In this document: in pieces, positions 24,410 through 29,947 of the stretch
How positions within the stretch are numbered: the first letter of the stretch is position 1
Layout of the letters: every line of letters begins with the position of its first letter
DNA from: an uncultured Chloroflexia bacterium
Lineage (GTDB): Bacteria; Chloroflexota; Anaerolineae; Anaerolineales; Anaerolineaceae
DNA: 32,000 nucleotides
Assembly: GCA_963704755.1 (NCBI GenBank)
Contig: OY969938.1
Coordinates: 2,850,001-2,882,000 of the forward strand
Reading direction: 5' to 3'
The notes under the pieces: generated by a model
Told to the model about the DNA's origin: nothing
The model's database searches: none
The model's input: the letters and a program-made list of their open reading frames with translations, nothing else
Position numbers and translations under genes: made by a program

Positions 24410-25594
24410 CTACAGGTATTCTTTCAACTGCCGGGACCGGCGCGGGTGACGCAGGCGGCGCAAGGCTTTGCTTTCGATCTGGCGGATGCGCTCACGGGTC
24501 AGGCCGAACTTTTGGCCGACCTCTTCGAGGGTATACGTGTGGCCGTTATCCAGACCGAAACGCAGGCGCAGGATGCGTGCTTCGCGCGGGGGCAGCGTTT
24601 CCAGAACGGCCTCGACCTTCTCCCGCAGCATTTTGTTATAGGCGCTCTGGATGGGCGAAGGGGTAAGCTGGTCCTCGACGAACATGCCCAACTCGGAGTC
24701 TTCTTCGTCGTCGTTGATCGGGCTTTCCAGCGAGAGCGGCAGCCATGAGACGCGCATCATCCAGTCTATCTTGTTTGCCGTGGTCCCCATGGCATTGGCC
24801 AGCTCTTCGTTGTTGGGGACCCGCCCCAATTTTTGCTCCAGTTCGTGGCTGGAGCGGTACAACTGGCGGATGCGATCGACCATATGCACCGGCACGCGGA
24901 TGGTGCGGCCCTGGTCGGCGATGGAGCGGGTGATCGTCTGGCGGATCCACCAGGTGGCGTAGGTGGAAAAACGGAAGCCGCGGCGATATTCATATTTCTC
25001 CACGGCTTTCATCAGTCCCAGGTTCCCTTCCTGGATAAGGTCCAGAAAAGGGACACCCCGGCCCATATAACGCTTGGCCACGCTGACGACCAGGCGGGTG
25101 TTGGCCTTGATCAGGTGTTCGCGGGCCAGGTCGCCATCTTCCACCAGGCGCTCCAGCTCCAGACGCTGCTGCGTGGAAGAGCGCACGGTCAGCTTTTCCA
25201 GAGAACGCCGGGCAGCCCGGCCATCCTCGATCCGCTGGGCCAGGCCGGTTTCTTCTTCGCTGTTGAGCAGCGGCACGCGCGACATTTCTTTCAGGTAAAG
25301 CCCGATCGTATCGTCGCTGGAGATCGATTCAATCCCCATGAACGGTTCCAGGTCCTCGACGCCTTCGATCAGGTTGTCGTCATATTTTTCGGTTGTATCC
25401 GATTCGGGGTCCAAGAATTCGACGCCGCGCCGGCGGAGCGCGCTGACAATCGTGTGGAAGCGGTCCACGTCCTGACCGACATCCGGGTAAACTTCGATTA
25501 AATCTTCGGTAGTCAGATAACCTTGTACGTCTGCCTTTTCCAGCAGCATACTCAGTTTTTCAGTGCTTTGCTTGCGTCTGCCTGGATTAGCCAC
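24410..25594 (-). CDS. rpoD: Primary RNA polymerase sigma factor (sigma-70 family, group 1)
   Basis: Regions 1.2-4.2: RLVVSVAKRYMGRGVPFLDLIQEGNLGLMKAVEKYEYRRGFRFSTYATWWIRQTITRSIADQGRTIRVPVHMV...LEEVGQKFGLTRERIRQIESKALRRLRHP. GTG start with AGGAGG 6 nt upstream. Confidence 0.95.
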   Translation of the reverse strand: MANPGRRKQSTEKLSMLLEKADVQGYLTTEDLIEVYPDVGQDVDRFHTIVSALRRRGVEFLDPESDTTEKYDDNLIEGVEDLEPFMGIESISSDDTIGLYLKEMSRVPLLNSEEETGLAQRIEDGRAARRSLEKLTVRSSTQQRLELERLVEDGDLAREHLIKANTRLVVSVAKRYMGRGVPFLDLIQEGNLGLMKAVEKYEYRRGFRFSTYATWWIRQTITRSIADQGRTIRVPVHMVDRIRQLYRSSHELEQKLGRVPNNEELANAMGTTANKIDWMMRVSWLPLSLESPINDDEEDSELGMFVEDQLTPSPIQSAYNKMLREKVEAVLETLPPREARILRLRFGLDNGHTYTLEEVGQKFGLTRERIRQIESKALRRLRHPRRSRQLKEYL

Positions 25595-25809
25595 GAACTA
25601 CCTCCTATTATTCGTACTCCCCGCTAGGATCTGGCCGAACCTTCCCAACTGCACATTATTCTCTGGTGAGCCAAGGCGATAAATAGATAGCCGTCACCGC
25701 GCGGAAATTTGGCCCGGTCTTCCAGTAATACGGGCATAATTACCGCTTTGAGAAATCGCAAATATGACAAAAGAATCCCCTTTATTTGATCTGGCCGGCC
25801 GGCAAAGGT

Positions 25810-26289
25810 TTATCCGGAAATTGCCTGAGGATAGTGCTCGCAGACCGTTTCGTTGAGATTAGCCCCACAATACGGGCAAAGGCCCTTGCAATCGGCGCGG
25901 CAAATAGGTTTAATGGGCAATTCCAACAGAAAATAATCACGCGTAAGCGGTGCAATATCGATATAACCGCTTTGAGGTATATAAAATTCGGTTTCTGCAT
26001 TCCGGCGGAAGCGAAAACCGAACAACTCGGCGTAATTAACCTGAAGAGACTGATCGAAGGTTTCCAGGCAACGAACACATTCCTGTTCAACTTTCCCGGA
26101 AAAGTTTGCTTCGACCAGTAAACCCTGGGGTGTCCGGCTAATACGAGCCACACCACTGAAGTCAGTTAGTTCAAAATCCGCAGATAATTGGACAACCGAG
26201 AATTCAAAGGGGAAGTCGTGATTGGTCCCGATCGTTTGATTAATCAGGAATCCAACATTAATTCGCAGAGGGAAGCGAGAAGATGTCAC
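25810..26289 (-). CDS. yceD: DUF177 (YceD-like) protein
   Basis: 159 aa with C-terminal CRADCKGLCPYCGANLNETVCEH, typical of YceD/DUF177. Confidence 0.8.
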   Translation of the reverse strand: MTSSRFPLRINVGFLINQTIGTNHDFPFEFSVVQLSADFELTDFSGVARISRTPQGLLVEANFSGKVEQECVRCLETFDQSLQVNYAELFGFRFRRNAETEFYIPQSGYIDIAPLTRDYFLLELPIKPICRADCKGLCPYCGANLNETVCEHYPQAISG

Positions 26290-26395
26290 AGGAAGTTATT
26301 CGTAGTTATAATACCGAGTAGCGCTATTATAGCATAGCGATATGGTCTCGTCAAGAAATTAAGATTAATATTATAAAAATATAGGTTATTAACAA

Positions 26396-27004
26396 ATGCA
26401 ACTTCTTATCGCCAGCTCGAATACAGGAAAACTTCGTGAAATTCAAGCCATCCTGGCCTGTTTGCCTTTTGAACTGCTCTTGCCCACCGATCTGCACCTG
26501 GATCTGGATGTGGCCGAGACCGGCAGCACTTTTGCTGAAAACGCTGCGCTCAAGGCCCGCGCTTATTGCCAGGCCAGCGGACTGGTCTGCCTGGGCGACG
26601 ATTCCGGCCTGGAAGTGGATGCATTGGACGGCGCGCCGGGCCTGTACTCGGCCCGCTACTCGCCCGACCCGCATGCCACCGATGCCGACCGGCGGGCTTT
26701 GCTGTTGCAAAATTTGCACAGTTATCCCCTCGCCGACGGAATGCCTGGCTGGGCGGCTCACTTTACCTGCTCGGTTGCGATCGCCAGCCCGAATGGACCG
26801 CTTGAACTTGCCCATGGCCGTTGTGACGGTTTCATCATCCCCGAGGAACGCGGCCAGAACGGGTTTGGCTATGATCCCATTTTCTTTATGGCCGAGTTCG
26901 ACCGCACAATGGCCGAATTACCGGAGGAACTGAAGAACCAGGTCAGCCACCGCGGGCGGGCCATTCGGGCCGCATTGCCGATCTTGCAGGGCCTGATCGA
27001 TTAA
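26396..27004 (+). CDS. rdgB: Non-canonical purine NTP (dITP/XTP) pyrophosphatase, RdgB/HAM1 family
   Basis: LLIASSNTGKLREI, GDDSGLEVDALDGAPGLYSARY, GFGYDPIF, SHRGRA. Confidence 0.9.
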   Translation: MQLLIASSNTGKLREIQAILACLPFELLLPTDLHLDLDVAETGSTFAENAALKARAYCQASGLVCLGDDSGLEVDALDGAPGLYSARYSPDPHATDADRRALLLQNLHSYPLADGMPGWAAHFTCSVAIASPNGPLELAHGRCDGFIIPEERGQNGFGYDPIFFMAEFDRTMAELPEELKNQVSHRGRAIRAALPILQGLID

Positions 27005-27039
27005 TTTCCTGGGTTTTGTTTGCGCCAACCTGGCCGGGG

Positions 27040-27786
27040 CTAACAAGACCTCAGCCCAAAAAGTTTATCGTCGATTTCCAGGTAGATGCGCTTGTTGATC
27101 TTGCCTTTGCTCTTATAATCCACCACGCGCACTTTGCCGACCTCGCTTGTGTTGGCCACGTGGGTGCCGCCGTCGGCTTGCAGGTCCAGGCCCACCAGCT
27201 CGACAGTGCGGATCTCGCTGATCTCGGGTGGGAGCAGGTTAATCTTGGTGCGGATCAGGTCGGGGATGGCGAACGCCTCGGCACGGGGCAGAATGCGCAC
27301 CTGCACCGGGTGGGCATTCTGGACTTCCTGGTTGACCACCGTTTCGATGACCGCGACCAGCTCTTTCGAGAGGTTCTCGAATTCGAAGTCCATACGTCCT
27401 TTGAGCGGTTCCATGTCCCCGCCGGTGACCAGGGCGCCATAATCGCGAAAAACGGTCCCGCACAAGATGTGCATGGCCGTATGGGTGCGCATCAGCTTGT
27501 AGCGGCGTTCCCAATCGATCACGCCGTGCAGGTGGGTCCCGATGGAGGGCAGAGGGGCTTCTTCCGCCAGGCTGTGCCAGATCCCATCCGGTGCTTTGCG
27601 AGCGCGCAGCAGGGTCCAGTCCTCGCCGTCGTAGGAGACCAGGCCCAGGTCGTATGGCTGGCCGCCTCCGCCCGGGTAAAAGGCGGTGCGGTCCAGGAGA
27701 ATAGCGTGGTTGGCTGCATCCACCGCTGTCACGCTGGCATCGAATTCTTTTAAATAACTGTCGGTTTGATAGAGAAGCTCGGTCAT
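27040..27786 (-). CDS. alaX: Alanyl-tRNA editing protein, AlaX-M type
   Basis: HTAMHIL and GGTHV zinc/editing motifs. 248 aa. N-terminal beta-barrel plus editing domain architecture. Confidence 0.85.
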   Translation of the reverse strand: MTELLYQTDSYLKEFDASVTAVDAANHAILLDRTAFYPGGGGQPYDLGLVSYDGEDWTLLRARKAPDGIWHSLAEEAPLPSIGTHLHGVIDWERRYKLMRTHTAMHILCGTVFRDYGALVTGGDMEPLKGRMDFEFENLSKELVAVIETVVNQEVQNAHPVQVRILPRAEAFAIPDLIRTKINLLPPEISEIRTVELVGLDLQADGGTHVANTSEVGKVRVVDYKSKGKINKRIYLEIDDKLFGLRSC

Positions 27787-27886
27787 ATCAGGCGCTTTCC
27801 AGGGGAATTTTCAATAATTATATTGCCATTCGGGCCTGATATTGACCACAGATGGACACAGATGCACACAGATAAAAACTTTTTTT

Positions 27887-27998
27887 GTAACTACTCAGTC
27901 AGACAAGAAAGAGCCCTGAAGTTGAGGTATTTGTGCAAACGAAGCTTGCACAAATACCTCAACTTCAGGGACTTTTTATCTAGAGTCTGAGTAGCTAC
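27887..27998. mobile_element. E-family element E8 (112 bp)
   Basis: Termini GTAACTACTCAG / CTGAGTAGCTAC. Perfect 25-bp stem 27914-27938/27946-27970. Loop aCGAAGc. Confidence 0.7.
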
Positions 27999-28038
27999 CT
28001 TTGATTTTTTTTGTACCTAACGAAAAAAACAGAAGAAA

Positions 28039-28091
28039 GATCGCTATATATTTAGGAAGCGGCATTGCCGCTTCCTAAATATATAGCGATC
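28039..28091. repeat. Perfect 26-bp-arm palindrome E9
   Basis: gatcgctatatatttaggaagcggca t tgccgcttcctaaatatatagcgatc. The left spacer acagaagaaa resembles the E-family left spacer. Termini are not recognisable. Confidence 0.55.
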
Positions 28092-28137
28092 TTTTTGCGA
28101 TTTATCTGTGTGCATCTGTGTCCATCCGTGGCCTATC

Positions 28138-28725
28138 TCAAAGCGAGACTTCGTAGCGCATGATGGTGTGGGCGTGGGACGGTCGGGCGACCTCGACGAA
28201 GCCGGCCTGGCAAAAGGTTTCGGCCAGGCCCATGTAACTGCTGACCGGCGGGATGCGCTTTTCACCCGCCTCGACCGGGTAGGCCTCGATGATGCGAGCG
28301 CCCCGGCCGGCCGCGTAGCCGACCGCGCCTTTCAGAAGCGGTAGGAGCAGGCCCTGGTTGCGGTAAGGCTTGCCGACGAAGAAGCACACGATCGACCAGA
28401 CCGGCTGTTCGTCCAGCCGTTTGAGCATGTTTGAACGCTCCAGTGAGGCATACTGCTCGCGCGGGGCCAGTGAACACCAACCGGCCGGCTCGCCATCCCA
28501 ATAAGCCAGTACGCCGGGGATCTCGCCCGCATCGACCAGGGCTTTGAAAGCCTGGCGGTTGCCCTCGCCGGCGTTACGGCTGAACTCGGAGCGTGTGACG
28601 CGCCAGTACATGCACCAGCATCCGCTGTAGGCGCCGTTCTTGCCGAACAGTTTTTCCAGGTCGGGCCAGCGCTCCCGCGTGAGCGGCTGGATATCAAGGG
28701 TGAGGTCTTGGTTTTCTTTTGCCAC
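28138..28725 (-). CDS. GNAT-family N-acetyltransferase
   Basis: LTRERWPDLEKLFGKNGAYSGCWCMYWR...QGLLLPLLKGAVGYAAGRGARIIEAYP. GTG 28725 is preferred (AAAGGA 7 nt upstream). The 295-aa ORF extension crosses hairpin E10 and overlaps the CPBP gene. Confidence 0.75.
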   Translation of the reverse strand: MAKENQDLTLDIQPLTRERWPDLEKLFGKNGAYSGCWCMYWRVTRSEFSRNAGEGNRQAFKALVDAGEIPGVLAYWDGEPAGWCSLAPREQYASLERSNMLKRLDEQPVWSIVCFFVGKPYRNQGLLLPLLKGAVGYAAGRGARIIEAYPVEAGEKRIPPVSSYMGLAETFCQAGFVEVARPSHAHTIMRYEVSL

Positions 28726-28749
28726 TGGCACATCCTTTAATTTATTCGA

Positions 28750-28810
28750 AAGATATTTGGTGTTTGTTGTTGGGCGGCTTAGCCGCCCAACAACAAACAC
28801 CAAATATCTT
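28750..28810. repeat. Perfect 29-bp-stem hairpin E10 overlapping the CPBP stop codon
   Basis: aagatatttggtgtttgttgttgggcggc tta gccgcccaacaacaaacaccaaatatctt. The arm resembles those of E4 and E5. Confidence 0.55.
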
Positions 28811-29756
28811 AAATAACCAGGTACCAGCCGATCAGGAACAGGATCAAATTGACCACCGCATGGGCAATGATCGCCGTGCGGACCTGGCCGGTGCGCTCGG
28901 CCAGGTAGGAAAACCCCAGGCTGGCCAGAAAAGCCGGCGCCCACAGCAGCGGGCGGAATTGCAAGGTAGCATACAGCACCGCCACAGCCAGAAAGGCCCA
29001 GACCCTGGACAGGCGCGGCTGCCAACGCGAAAGAATCTCGCCGCGAAAGAAGCGCTCTTCGGCCCAGGGGGCCACGACCAGGGCAATCGCCAGGGTAATC
29101 AGGCGCACTACCAGGGGCATATCCAGCGAGCTGGCCAACGTCTGGCCGGTGGGGGAATTTTCCAGGATGCCGGCCCCCAGGCTGAAGGAAAAAGCCGCGA
29201 TCAAGCCGATGAATATCCCGCTCAACAGGCTGGCCGGCAGGTAAGGGGTCTTGAGGAGTGGCACACGGCCTTCTGCAGAGCGTTCGGGCAGCCGGCTGAA
29301 AAAGGCCAGGATAATGGCCTGCCAGATGAACAGCCAGGGTTGGCCTGAATACAGGTCGGAAAAAAGAGCAAAATTTTGTAAAGCCCCCGGGATTGGGCCG
29401 GGTAAGCTGGCCAGGATGCCCGACAGCACCAGGAAAACCGCCAGCGGCAGGCCGTAGGCCATCAGCAGCGCCACCAGGATGGGGTTGGCATTGGAACGCT
29501 GCAGGCTGATCCGGATCACATAACCTAATCCGCCGACACTGAACCCCAGGACGAAGAAAAGCAGTACGAAGACCAGGCTCAGCTTGGCCTCACCGGAGAG
29601 CGAGGGGTCCGAATAGACCTGGTTAAGCACCAGGAAAGAAATTCCCAGGATGGCCACGCCTCCGGCCAGAAAATAGAGCGCCAATCTCCAGCCGGGAGAG
29701 GACATGCCGGGCTGCGAACTTGATTTTTCTTGAAGAGTCTGCCTGCGCCTGTTCAT
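28809..29756 (-). CDS. CPBP-family intramembrane glutamic endopeptidase (CAAX protease/Abi-like)
   Basis: Polytopic membrane protein with APWAEERFFRGE (EExxxR motif) and IIAHAVVNL (HxxxN motif). ATG 29756 is preferred over TTG 29759. Confidence 0.8.
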   Translation of the reverse strand: MNRRRQTLQEKSSSQPGMSSPGWRLALYFLAGGVAILGISFLVLNQVYSDPSLSGEAKLSLVFVLLFFVLGFSVGGLGYVIRISLQRSNANPILVALLMAYGLPLAVFLVLSGILASLPGPIPGALQNFALFSDLYSGQPWLFIWQAIILAFFSRLPERSAEGRVPLLKTPYLPASLLSGIFIGLIAAFSFSLGAGILENSPTGQTLASSLDMPLVVRLITLAIALVVAPWAEERFFRGEILSRWQPRLSRVWAFLAVAVLYATLQFRPLLWAPAFLASLGFSYLAERTGQVRTAIIAHAVVNLILFLIGWYLVI

Positions 29757-29859
29757 CAATAAATACGCTCCGCTATTTATGGATGCTGAATTCGGGTGAT
29801 GGCCAACAGGCGGTTAATCCTTCGCCTGGATTTTCTTGGGAGGAAAATATGGATTAAAG

Positions 29860-29886
29860 CTGCCCCAAAGAACTTCTCTGGGGCAG
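29860..29886 (-). terminator. Candidate terminator hairpin after the PA14 protein gene
   Basis: ctgcccca (29860-29867) / tggggcag (29879-29886). On the minus strand it is followed by ctttaatccatattttcc. Confidence 0.35.
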
Positions 29887-29947
29887 CCATTCCAACATAA
29901 TACGTAACGGGCTTTCAGATTAAGGCACCGGCGTGCAGCCACCCTGG

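Larger units (their letters stand above)
27846..28131. mobile_element. 286-bp composite palindromic element with 31-bp terminal inverted repeats
   Basis: ccacagatggacacagatgcacacagataaa (27846-27876) matches the reverse complement of 28101-28131 at 30/31 positions. Each arm is three 10-bp-phased ACACAGAT units. The interior holds E8 and hairpin E9. Confidence 0.6.

Noticed and set aside
25595-25809. An expected rpmF (L32) gene downstream of yceD.
   Set aside because: The only ORF in the gap (about 38 codons, MPVLLEDRAKF...) has no similarity to L32 (MAVPKRK...). The gap is more likely the rpoD promoter and leader.
27016-27753. 245-aa plus-strand ORF opposite alaX.
   Set aside because: It is an antisense shadow. 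The minus-strand product carries the AlaX editing-domain motifs.
3533-28131. The possibility that the recurring hairpins form a CRISPR array or integron attC sites.
   Set aside because: There is no regularly spaced identical repeat with unique spacers, and the elements are dispersed one per intergenic region. There are no cas genes and no integrase. The termini (GTAAC.../...GTTAC) do not fit the attC R''/R' cores (RYYYAAC/GTTRRRY).
28726-29025. N-terminal extension of the GNAT ORF (295 aa).
   Set aside because: It reads through the 29-bp palindrome E10 and overlaps the CPBP gene in another frame. GNAT homology starts near 28725.
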